Shown in pieces: positions 40,228 through 48,439 of a DNA stretch of 64,000 bases. The notes below the pieces were generated by a model, which worked only from the letters and a program-made list of their open reading frames with translations, ran no database searches and had not been told where the DNA came from. Source of the DNA: Bacillota bacterium (lineage in GTDB: Bacteria > Bacillota > DTU025 > MWDF01). Positions within the stretch are counted from its first letter, which is position 1. The number at the start of each line of letters is the position of its first letter. Position numbers and translations under genes: made by a program. The stretch is taken from the NCBI GenBank assembly GCA_029565935.1, contig JAKQNF010000027.1, positions 6,905-70,904 on the forward strand, read 5' to 3'.

Positions 40228-41637
40228 CTATGATCTCGATCTTATGTACTGGTCTATGCCTCTTGCCGCCTGCTTGCCCGCGCCCATGGCGGCTATCACT
40301 GTTGCCGCTCCGGTGACTATGTCGCCTCCGGCGAAGACGCCTGGGATGCTCGTGGCTCCGTAATCGTCGTTTATCTCTATGTATCCGCGCTTGTTGAGGC
40401 CCAGCGCCTTCGTGTTCCTGGTTAGAACTGGATTCGGGCCCTGTCCTATGGCCACGACCACCGTATCGGCCTCTATCTCGAACTCAGACCCTTCCACAGG
40501 CACAGGCCTGCGCCTTCCGCTCGCGTCCGGTTCTCCGAGCTCCATCCTCTGGCATACCATCTTCTTCACTATGCCCTGCTCGTCTCCCACTATCTCGACG
40601 GGATTCGTCAGCAGGTTCAGCTTGACGCCCTCTTCCTCGGCGTTTTCGATCTCCTCGATCCTCGCGGGCATCTCCTGCCTGGATCTCCTGTAGACTATCT
40701 GCACGTCCTCGGCACCCAGCCTGAGCGCAGTCCTTGCGGAGTCCATGGCGACGTTCCCGGCACCCACCACGCATACCCTCTTGCCTATCCTTACGGGGGT
40801 CCCGTAGCAGGGGAACTTGTAGGCCTTCATGAGGTTGACCCTGGTGAGGAACTCGTTGGCGGAGTATACGCCGTTGAGGTTCTCGCCCGGTATGCCAAGA
40901 AAGTACGGCAGGCCCGCGCCAGTGCCTATGAACACGGCGCTGTAGCCCTCCTTCTCCAGCAGCTCCTCGAGGCCTATGCTCATCCCTATCACGGCATTGG
41001 TCACTATCCTTACGCCGAGCTGCTTCACGTACGCCACTTCCCTGTCGACGATGTTCTTCGGGAGCCTGAACTCAGGTATGCCATACCTTAGCACTCCTCC
41101 CGTCTCGTGAAGCGATTCGTATATGTCGACCTGGTATCCCATCAAGGCAAGGTCGGCCGCGCAGGTCAGCCCGGACGGGCCGGATCCTATTACCGCCACT
41201 TTGGGTGCGCCGTCGGCGGCCCTCCTTTCGACTTCCTGCTTTGAGTGCGCCCTTTCGTAGTCCGATACGAAACGCTCCATGTAGCCGATGGCAACGGGCT
41301 TGAACTTCTTTCCGAGGGTGCAGACGCTTTCGCACTGCGTCTCCTGAGGGCAGACCCTGCCGCACACCGCCGGTAGGCTGTTCTTCTCCTTGATCTTCAA
41401 GGACGCTTCGATGAACTTGCCCTCTGCGGCAAGTGCCAAGAACTCCGGGATGGGCACCTCTACCGGGCAGCCCGCCACGCAGGGCCTCGTCTTGCACTGC
41501 AAGCAGCGCATCGCCTCGGCCTGGGCAGTCTGTTCGCTAAGACCCTGGGCCACTTCATTGAAATTCCTCGCCCTTTCCTCAGGGCTCTGCTTGGGCATCT
41601 CTGGCCTAGCTGAAAAATCTCTTACCGACATCTGCAA
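40228..41637 (-). CDS. nfnB: NfnB/GltD-like NADPH-dependent FAD oxidoreductase with 2x[4Fe-4S] (electron-bifurcating transhydrogenase large subunit or SudA)
   Basis: CLQCKTRPCVAGCPVEVPIPEF plus Rossmann GSGPSGL. 469 aa. Confidence 0.75.
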   Translation of the reverse strand: MQMSVRDFSARPEMPKQSPEERARNFNEVAQGLSEQTAQAEAMRCLQCKTRPCVAGCPVEVPIPEFLALAAEGKFIEASLKIKEKNSLPAVCGRVCPQETQCESVCTLGKKFKPVAIGYMERFVSDYERAHSKQEVERRAADGAPKVAVIGSGPSGLTCAADLALMGYQVDIYESLHETGGVLRYGIPEFRLPKNIVDREVAYVKQLGVRIVTNAVIGMSIGLEELLEKEGYSAVFIGTGAGLPYFLGIPGENLNGVYSANEFLTRVNLMKAYKFPCYGTPVRIGKRVCVVGAGNVAMDSARTALRLGAEDVQIVYRRSRQEMPARIEEIENAEEEGVKLNLLTNPVEIVGDEQGIVKKMVCQRMELGEPDASGRRRPVPVEGSEFEIEADTVVVAIGQGPNPVLTRNTKALGLNKRGYIEINDDYGATSIPGVFAGGDIVTGAATVIAAMGAGKQAARGIDQYIRSRS

Positions 41638-42464
41638 CCCTCCCCGGACCTATGCTTGTCGAGAGCTAGGCGCTCCTCCTCGCGGAAGAACGTCTGGCGC
41701 TTAATAAGCTCGTCGAAGTCCACCTCATGGGCATCGAACTCCGGGCCGTCCACGCACGAGAACTTGGTCTGCCCGGCCACCGTAACCCTGCAGCAGCCGC
41801 ACATGCCGGTGCCGTCCAGCATGGTGGCGTTGAGGCTCACCGTGGTCTTGACGCCGAATTTTCTCGTGACGTCAGCGCAAGCTTTCATCATGCGCACGGG
41901 GCCGATCGCCACGACCTCGTCGGCCGGCTTGCCCGACTTGATGTACTCCTCCAGGGCCTGGGTGACAAAACCGTGGAAGCCGCAGCTGCCGTCATCGGTG
42001 CAGAGGATCATCTCGCTCGATACCATGGTCGCGGTGTCTCTCAGCACGTACAGGTTCTCGGTCCTCGCGCCGAGTATGGTCACGACCTTGTTGCCCACCC
42101 TCATATGCTCCTTGATCTGGGGGATCAGCGGAGCGATGCCGATTCCTCCCGCTACGGCAAGTACTGTGCCCACCTTCTCGATCTTCGTCGGCTTCCCACA
42201 GGGGCCCAATACGTCGGCGAGCAGGGAGCCTTCCTCGTACTCGCACAGTTTCATGGTTGAGGCGCCGATCTCCTGTACGACTATGGTTATCGTGCCCAGC
42301 TTCTCATCGTGCTCGACTATGGTAAGTGGGATCCTTTCGCCCTTCTCGTCCGCCCTGACCATGACGAAATTGCCCGGTTTAGCTGCCTTGGCCACGAGGG
42401 GCGCTTCCAGTACGAACATATACACGGACGGAGCCAGCAGCTTCTTCGCAATAATCCTATGCAT
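41622..42464 (-). CDS. nfnA: NfnA/SudB-like FAD/[2Fe-2S] electron-transfer subunit
   Basis: 280 aa PyrK-like fold with C-terminal CGCCRV...C cluster. Overlaps nfnB start by 16 nt. Confidence 0.75.
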   Translation of the reverse strand: MHRIIAKKLLAPSVYMFVLEAPLVAKAAKPGNFVMVRADEKGERIPLTIVEHDEKLGTITIVVQEIGASTMKLCEYEEGSLLADVLGPCGKPTKIEKVGTVLAVAGGIGIAPLIPQIKEHMRVGNKVVTILGARTENLYVLRDTATMVSSEMILCTDDGSCGFHGFVTQALEEYIKSGKPADEVVAIGPVRMMKACADVTRKFGVKTTVSLNATMLDGTGMCGCCRVTVAGQTKFSCVDGPEFDAHEVDFDELIKRQTFFREEERLALDKHRSGEGCRCR

Positions 42465-42479
42465 AACTAACCTGCCTTT

Positions 42480-43397
42480 CTACCATTTATGACAATTGAG
42501 ACAGTCCACTTCGAACCAGTCGCCGTGGCAGCTTTCGCACGATGCGTGGCTCAGCCCGTCGCCGGCAGGCACTAGCTGATCCGCATGGCAGCTTTCACAG
42601 CCGAAAGCGATATGTGAACCGTGAGGTATCTTCATATTTGCGGTCTCATTGAAATCGAGGTTGATGTGACAGCTTTCGCAGCTCGGATCGGCCGCGTCGA
42701 ACCAGCCTTCGTGGCATGCCATACAAGTGCCGTGCCCGATCTTGCCCTCTGCGCCCAACACGTACTCCACATGGCAGTCCTGGCAGCCCAGGAAGCTGTG
42801 CGTCTCATGCGGGATCGCAAGCTTCTCCGTAGCGGTCACGGTCGACTTGATGTGGCACTTCGCGCAGTCCGCCGTATCTTTAGCGAACCATTCCTGGTGG
42901 CACGTGATGCACTTGTCGTGACTTATCGCCCTCATGGGCTGGCCGTCGATCCCATGGACCACTCCTTCGTGGCAGTCATAGCAGGCAATGTCCAAACCTG
43001 CCGAATGGATCGAATGTGGTATCGCCACCTCATCCGTCCCGCCCGAGTTCGCAGCGTTCGCATGGCATCTCGTGCAGAACCCGTCATCCACCTGTATGCC
43101 CGCGAAGCTGGTGGCGCCTCCCGCCTTCTCTACCTTCCTCATCCTCGCAATCGAGAACCTGTTCTCGAACCAGCCCTTGAAGCCCGGCTTCATGTGGCAC
43201 TCGGCGCATCCCGTCTTGGAGTGCGCGCCCATGGCCCAGGTATCCGCCGAAGGCTGCATCGAATGGCAAGAACTGCAGTACTTGTCGGTCTCCGTATAGG
43301 CGGCGGCCGCGACTACTCCCCCGATGGCTACCAAAAGCACTAGCAGCACCACTCCTTGTGAAAAACCCCTTTTGAACAAAACAGGCCTGCTGGACAT
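42480..43397 (-). CDS. Membrane-anchored dodecaheme cytochrome c (12 CxxCH motifs)
   Basis: N-terminal TM helix then CSSCH, CAECH, CTRCH, CYDCH, CITCH, CAKCH, CQDCH, CMACH, CESCH x3, CLNCH. Three IPHxxH segments indicate an internally triplicated module. Confidence 0.85.
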   Translation of the reverse strand: MSSRPVLFKRGFSQGVVLLVLLVAIGGVVAAAAYTETDKYCSSCHSMQPSADTWAMGAHSKTGCAECHMKPGFKGWFENRFSIARMRKVEKAGGATSFAGIQVDDGFCTRCHANAANSGGTDEVAIPHSIHSAGLDIACYDCHEGVVHGIDGQPMRAISHDKCITCHQEWFAKDTADCAKCHIKSTVTATEKLAIPHETHSFLGCQDCHVEYVLGAEGKIGHGTCMACHEGWFDAADPSCESCHINLDFNETANMKIPHGSHIAFGCESCHADQLVPAGDGLSHASCESCHGDWFEVDCLNCHKW

Positions 43398-43430
43398 GAG
43401 AATATACCCCCTTGAATTCCTTAGGGTCGG

Positions 43431-44078
43431 TTATGCGTAGAAAGCCAGGCTCTGGAGCGATACCGTCACGTCTGCGTTGCTCACCCTCACGTTCTCGGGG
43501 ACTATCAGGGTGGCCGGGCTGAAGTTGAGAAATGCTTTGACACCGGCTTCGATGCAGATGTCGGCCATCTTCTGGGCCGCTTCCGCCGGCACGGTAAGCA
43601 CGGCTATCTTTATGCCGCTCTTTACGATTACGTCCTTGAGCATGTTTACGTGATAGGCGGGCACTGAATCGAACGGGCCCTGTTTCAAGACTTCCTCGTC
43701 TATGTCGAATCCGGCCTCTATCGTCAAGTTCTTGTATCCGCTGTTCCTCTGCCCGCTGTCGCGCTTGTAGGCGTTGTAGTGTATGATGGCCTTGCCCATC
43801 CTTCCAAGGCCTACGATGGCTATCTTCACGTCCTGGTCGAGCTTCAGTATGGTCAGCAACTGCTTCTTGAGCGTCGATATCTTGTAGCCGACCCCCTGCT
43901 TGCCGAAGCCTCCGAAGATCGTAAGGTCCTTCCTTACCTGGGTTGGGGACGTCCCCGTAACATCTCCGAGCTCCTTTGACGATACTATCGAAAGCCCCGC
44001 GTTCTCAAGATTGTCAAGCGCTCTGAGGTACATGGGCAACCGTCTGACGACTACGTCGGGCACCTTCTGGTCGCTCAT
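43431..44078 (-). CDS. rex: Redox-sensing transcriptional repressor Rex
   Basis: VVRRLPMYLRALDNL winged-helix N-terminus plus Rossmann GxGxxG (VGLGRMG). Confidence 0.9.
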   Translation of the reverse strand: MSDQKVPDVVVRRLPMYLRALDNLENAGLSIVSSKELGDVTGTSPTQVRKDLTIFGGFGKQGVGYKISTLKKQLLTILKLDQDVKIAIVGLGRMGKAIIHYNAYKRDSGQRNSGYKNLTIEAGFDIDEEVLKQGPFDSVPAYHVNMLKDVIVKSGIKIAVLTVPAEAAQKMADICIEAGVKAFLNFSPATLIVPENVRVSNADVTVSLQSLAFYA

Positions 44079-44096
44079 ACGAAAAACCTCCGATTC

Positions 44097-44552
44097 TCAG
44101 TTCGATGTTGTCCTTCCGGGGCAGGAAACCTCCCCCGGGTCGGCTTTTCCTGTGACTTTGGGGCAGAAGCTCCTCTTGTCCAGCCCCATATCGTACTTCC
44201 TCACTCCGAAGTAAGTCAGGGCGAGGAACGTGAAGCCCCCTATCACCGAAAAGAGGTCGGACGAGCCTTTCATGCCGAAGTAGCCCGCAACCCCGTTGCC
44301 GGTAACGATGCCCGCGAGGAAACCGAGCAGCGGCAACCCGTAGGCTATGCCGGCGGCCTTGAGGACGTCCCCGTCCTTCATCTCCACCACGACGTAGTCC
44401 CCCGGCTCGACCTCGGTCTCGCATATGGCCTTTACCCGCTTGGCGTTCGAAGAAGGCTGGCACATGCCGCAGCCCCTGCAGGCCTGCGGCCTCGTAATCT
44501 CGAGAACGGCCCAGCCCTTCTCCAAGGACAGGACCTTTCCTAGTTGCTGCAT
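44097..44552 (-). CDS. rseC: RseC/MucC-family small membrane protein (Rnf-associated)
   Basis: 151 aa. N-terminal Cys motif ACRGCGMC then two TM helices. Confidence 0.65.
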   Translation of the reverse strand: MQQLGKVLSLEKGWAVLEITRPQACRGCGMCQPSSNAKRVKAICETEVEPGDYVVVEMKDGDVLKAAGIAYGLPLLGFLAGIVTGNGVAGYFGMKGSSDLFSVIGGFTFLALTYFGVRKYDMGLDKRSFCPKVTGKADPGEVSCPGRTTSN

Positions 44553-44738
44553 GATTCATCCCCACTGCCGATTACCGCACTCCTGCGGCTTTTTGGCCGT
44601 CCGCGGAAATCCAACTAGAATTATACAACAACTCTTCACAAAGTTCTAAAAAACGTCTTGCTCGGCTTCAGATGTGCCTTTCTGCGTCCGGACGCTGGGA
44701 TAAAAGAAAACCCTGAACTATAAGTCCAGCTAAACAAA

Positions 44739-44776
44739 ATTGATTCCGGCATCTTACGCATGATTGCCGGAATCAA
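44739..44776 (-). terminator. 12-bp inverted repeat TTGATTCCGGCA...TGCCGGAATCAA plus TTTTGTTTA: terminator after HATPase gene, insulating it from the rseC operon
   Basis: Read directly 32 nt downstream of the 44808 stop. Confidence 0.5.
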
Positions 44777-44807
44777 GGGGAATCTGCATTGTATGAGTAA
44801 AAATACA

Positions 44808-45242
44808 CTACTTATGCCTGTTGAGGGTCATCCTGACCATGGTGCCGGTGCCCTTCTGCGAGCTTATCTCGAATTTGTCGGAGCATTTCTTCATGTTCGG
44901 CAATCCCATGCCCGCCCCGAAGCCCATCCTGCGGGCCTCTTCGTCCGCCGTGGAGAATCCCTCCGTCATGGCAAGGGGTATGTCCGGTATGCCAGGTCCG
45001 ACGTCCACAGCCGTTATCAGGATGGCGTCCGGCTCGATTAGGGCCGTGAGCATCCCGCCCCTGGAATGTATCACGATGTTCATCTCCGCCTCGTATGCCG
45101 CGACGGCGGCCCTCCTGACCAGCTCGGCGTCGAAGCCGTGCTGGCTGAGGTATCTTTTTATAGTGGCGGCGGCATCGCCGGCCCTGATGAAATCCCTCGC
45201 TATGATCTCGAACTGCAACTTGGTGTTGTCGGCAGAAGACAT
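44808..45242 (-). CDS. Anti-sigma-factor-like Ser/Thr kinase (HATPase_c, RsbW/SpoIIAB-like)
   Basis: 143 aa from ATG at 45242 (GGGGGT SD). GHKL ATPase motifs. Confidence 0.6.
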   Translation of the reverse strand: MSSADNTKLQFEIIARDFIRAGDAAATIKRYLSQHGFDAELVRRAAVAAYEAEMNIVIHSRGGMLTALIEPDAILITAVDVGPGIPDIPLAMTEGFSTADEEARRMGFGAGMGLPNMKKCSDKFEISSQKGTGTMVRMTLNRHK

Positions 45243-45243
45243 C

Positions 45244-45612
45244 CTACGACCCCCTAACCGAGGTGCAATCGGCGGGTCCGACCCCCGCTTGGTACAACTT
45301 CCCACAGGCTTCGTACATGGTCATCTTCGTGCATATGAGAGGAAGGGCCGACCTTTGTGCCAGCTCGACCATGTCGTGCGTCGGTCTTTTGCCCCTTACG
45401 AATACGACGGCCGATATGCCCGATATCTCGGCGGTCCTGACCAGCTGGCAGCCCAGCAGCCCTGTAAGCAGCAGATAGCCCGGCCTGCCGAACGCGAGCA
45501 CGTCGCTTAGGAAATCGGACGCGAAGGCGAAGTCCGCCTCCTGCGAGAGGGAAGACATGTCGCATGCCAGGGCATCGGCCTGAAGCAGGTTGGTTATCTC
45601 GTCAATCCTCAT
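45244..45612 (-). CDS. DRTGG-domain protein
   Basis: 122 aa from ATG at 45612 (AAGGGAGG SD). DRTGG-like segment LLTGLLGCQLVRTAEISGISAVVFVRG. Confidence 0.55.
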   Translation of the reverse strand: MRIDEITNLLQADALACDMSSLSQEADFAFASDFLSDVLAFGRPGYLLLTGLLGCQLVRTAEISGISAVVFVRGKRPTHDMVELAQRSALPLICTKMTMYEACGKLYQAGVGPADCTSVRGS

Positions 45613-45628
45613 GGATGCCTCCCTTAAA

Positions 45629-46345
45629 CTAATCGAAGATAGTAGCGGAGTAGCCGTAACCTTCAACCTTCGTCTCAAGGTTCTCCGCATTCGTCCTGCT
45701 GCTGAAGGCACCTATCTGTACGTAGTACTTCTGCGCCAGCGTGATCAGCGTAGGGAACCCGAGCTTGACGAGCTCCTGCGCCGCTGCGCTCGCCTCTGCC
45801 ATGCTCTGGTAGGGTCCGACCCTGACCTTGTAGAGTTCGGGGATCTTCTGTGACTGGTCCGTCGGCTCAAGAGCCTCCGGTGCTGTCGTTTCTTCTGCCG
45901 GAGCGCCGGTCCCTTCGGCCGCTGCCTCAGCTTCCTGGCCCTCAGCCGCAGTTCCTTCAGCCGCCGTGCCCTCAGCAGGTTGCCCTTCGATAGGCTTTAT
46001 GCTAAGGTTGTCGCTCATCCAAGGCGGCGTCTCGAACGGGGAAGACCTTCCGTTGCCGGTCTCAGCTTGCCCGCTCGCAACCGACGGCAGCTCGACCGAC
46101 GGCGTCTCGGTCTCTCCGGTCTGTGCCTCCACGGCCGGTATTTCCTCGGCCGGGACGTCAAGGGCCTCGCCGGTACCTTCCGTGCCAAGCTCATCCAAGG
46201 GGCTTGCGCCCTCGCCGCGGTTCATGAGCGCCATCAGGCCCTCTCCGGCGAACCATCCGATGACTATGGCCCCCGCCGCTATGAGCAGCACGGCCAAAGC
46301 CCAGGATAACAGCTTGCCTCGAGATCCATACCTGCCTTTGTCCAT
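45629..46345 (-). CDS. SPOR-domain protein with N-terminal TM and Glu/Ala/Thr-rich linker
   Basis: C-terminal YKVRVGPYQSMAEASAAAQELVKLGFPTLITLAQKYYVQIGAF matches SPOR fold signature. Confidence 0.65.
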   Translation of the reverse strand: MDKGRYGSRGKLLSWALAVLLIAAGAIVIGWFAGEGLMALMNRGEGASPLDELGTEGTGEALDVPAEEIPAVEAQTGETETPSVELPSVASGQAETGNGRSSPFETPPWMSDNLSIKPIEGQPAEGTAAEGTAAEGQEAEAAAEGTGAPAEETTAPEALEPTDQSQKIPELYKVRVGPYQSMAEASAAAQELVKLGFPTLITLAQKYYVQIGAFSSRTNAENLETKVEGYGYSATIFD

Positions 46346-46391
46346 TTCATCCCTCCGGATATCTTATTCATCCCAACCACGGTTTTTCCTG

Positions 46392-47126
46392 CTAGTTTTC
46401 CCAGGGCTTCAAAAGATACCTCTTAAGGGGAAACACAAGCAGCCCCTTGTCCGAAGCCAGCCTTGCGGCCAGGTCGGGTCGGCTGGCGACCAGCTCGTCG
46501 TAGATTACGACGAACTTCACCGGCACTCCCCTGGAAGAGGATACCTCCTCGATTATGCCCATGCCCTCGTATGCAAGTTCGTAATCGCTCTCGGTGCCCA
46601 GGTTGGTGTTCGCTACCAGCCCCGTCACGCTAAGCCTGGAAGATTCTTCCACCATGTCCATCATCTTGAGGATCTCGTCCTTCGTCGAGGCGAAGGGCCT
46701 CCTGGTGTTGATGACGTACAGGACTTCCTTGTCGGCGTCGAACTTTGGGGCGTACCTGCCCAGCGCCCTTGCTCCCAGGTGGTCCCCCCCGACGTCTATC
46801 ACGACCTTGCTCTCCTTGCTCCTTATCAGAGCGTCCACTTCGCCTGTCACTATCGGAAGGTCCGCGTTCGAAAGCCCGGCGATCGTATCCACCATCCTCA
46901 CCCCCGAGGCGATGACCGCCTTCCTTATGTCCCTGGACCTGAACATCGGCTTGACTATGTCTATGTCCACCAAGGACACATTGTCGTGCTTCCTTGCCAG
47001 CCCTATGGCCATGTTTACGGCTATCTCGGTCTTCCCGCTGCCGAACGCCCCGCACAGTACCGTTATCCTCCTCGGCGCGAAGAGGTCCATGTCCACACCG
47101 TCGTGCTTGTATCCTACGCCTAGCAT
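46392..47126 (-). CDS. Uncharacterised SIMIBI-class P-loop NTPase (Walker A GAFGSGKT, UreG-like Walker B region)
   Basis: 244 aa from ATG at 47126 (AGGAGG SD). Family not assignable without a search. Confidence 0.5.
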   Translation of the reverse strand: MLGVGYKHDGVDMDLFAPRRITVLCGAFGSGKTEIAVNMAIGLARKHDNVSLVDIDIVKPMFRSRDIRKAVIASGVRMVDTIAGLSNADLPIVTGEVDALIRSKESKVVIDVGGDHLGARALGRYAPKFDADKEVLYVINTRRPFASTKDEILKMMDMVEESSRLSVTGLVANTNLGTESDYELAYEGMGIIEEVSSSRGVPVKFVVIYDELVASRPDLAARLASDKGLLVFPLKRYLLKPWEN

Positions 47127-47140
47127 CACATTCCGTCCTC

Positions 47141-48439
47141 CTAATCCGCCAAGAGCCGCGATCTGAGCTCTCCTACAAGATACAGTGAACCACATACGAG
47201 CAAAGGCAGGCACTTCTCCCTGGCCCTGGCCAGCCCAGCGGCGAGCGCCTCCTCGGGCGGTCCTAGGGACACCGCCTCCAGCCCCAGCCTTTTGGCCTCC
47301 TCCGCCACCGCCTCCGAGTCCCTGGCCCCCGATCTGGCATGGCTGGGCGCCGTCGCGAACAAGCAGCTTATCCGAGGCGCCAGGTGCCCCAGCATGCCGG
47401 AGTAGTCCTTATCCGCCGAGAAGCCCGCCACGGCCACCGGCCTGACCCCGCCCATAACCTTGCCTAGCGTAGCCGCCAGCGCGGCGGCCCCGTCCACGTT
47501 GTGGGCGCCGTCGAAGATCATCATCGGGTCCTTCCCCACCACCTCGAACCTTCCCGGATGCACGGCCTCCATGAGGCCCTGCCTCGCGTCGTCCCTCGTG
47601 ATATCCCAGCCGAGGCCCATCATGGCGTCGATCGCGGCCAGGGCCGCGGCGGCGTTGTCAGCCTGATGTACGCCGACGAGCCTTGTCTTGAAGGTACCCT
47701 CCAGCAGATCTCCATCATATTCCAGCTCCGTCCCGGTCAGGCCCACCTTGACTGTCCTGTAGCTATAGCCGTGCTCCGGGTACGAAAGGCGGACCCCCTT
47801 GGCCGCCGCCTCCCGCTTTATCATCCCCAGCGCCTCGTCCTCCTGCCTAGCGAGGACGGCTGGCACTCCTTTTTTCAGTATCCCGCCCTTGTCGAACGCT
47901 ATTTGCGAAAGGCTCTTGCCGAGCTTCTCCATATGGTCGTATGAGATGTGGGTTATCACGGAGGCCTCCGGGACCACGATGTTGGTCGAGTCGTACCTGC
48001 CGCCAAGGCCCACTTCCATCACGGCGAGCTCCACGCCTTGATCCTTGAAGTGCTCAAGGCACATCGCCGTGCATATCTCGAACTCCGTTGGCGATTCAAT
48101 GCCCCGGCCCGCCAGCTCGTCGACTATCCCCTTGGCATCAGATGCGAGCCTCGCCAGCTCATCTTCGCTTATCTGCCTGCCGCAGACCTTGATCCTCTCC
48201 TCGTATCGGCAAAGGTGGGGGGAAGTGAACAGCCCGGTTTTTATGCCCGCTTGCCTGAGTACCGATTCCGCCATGGCGGCGACGGACCCTTTTCCGTTGG
48301 TGCCGGCTATGTGCAGATGCTTCATCCGCCTTTCGGGGTTTCCCAGCTCCAGCGCAAGGGCCTCGACCCTTGAAAGCCCTGGTTTTATGCCGAAGCGCTG
48401 CATGGACGAGAGGTATCCCAGCGCCTCCTCGTATGTCAT
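47141..48439 (-). CDS. folC: Bifunctional folylpolyglutamate synthase/dihydrofolate synthase
   Basis: Mur-ligase P-loop HIAGTNGKGS. ATG at 48439 overlaps nth stop (TGATG). Confidence 0.85.
   Translation of the reverse strand: MTYEEALGYLSSMQRFGIKPGLSRVEALALELGNPERRMKHLHIAGTNGKGSVAAMAESVLRQAGIKTGLFTSPHLCRYEERIKVCGRQISEDELARLASDAKGIVDELAGRGIESPTEFEICTAMCLEHFKDQGVELAVMEVGLGGRYDSTNIVVPEASVITHISYDHMEKLGKSLSQIAFDKGGILKKGVPAVLARQEDEALGMIKREAAAKGVRLSYPEHGYSYRTVKVGLTGTELEYDGDLLEGTFKTRLVGVHQADNAAAALAAIDAMMGLGWDITRDDARQGLMEAVHPGRFEVVGKDPMMIFDGAHNVDGAAALAATLGKVMGGVRPVAVAGFSADKDYSGMLGHLAPRISCLFATAPSHARSGARDSEAVAEEAKRLGLEAVSLGPPEEALAAGLARAREKCLPLLVCGSLYLVGELRSRLLAD

Noticed and set aside
44621-44660. Possible Rex operator (TTCACAA half-site at 44635-44641) in the rseC operon promoter region
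   Set aside because: Only one half-site of the TTGTGAA-N4-TTCACAA palindrome is present. The partner half does not match on either strand. Needs a position weight matrix search rather than eyeballing.
44739-44776. 12-bp perfect palindrome TTGATTCCGGCA/TGCCGGAATCAA as a transcription-factor operator
   Set aside because: It is followed by a U-tract on the transcribed strand and lies 32 nt after a stop codon. An intrinsic terminator is the simpler explanation, though a dual role cannot be excluded.
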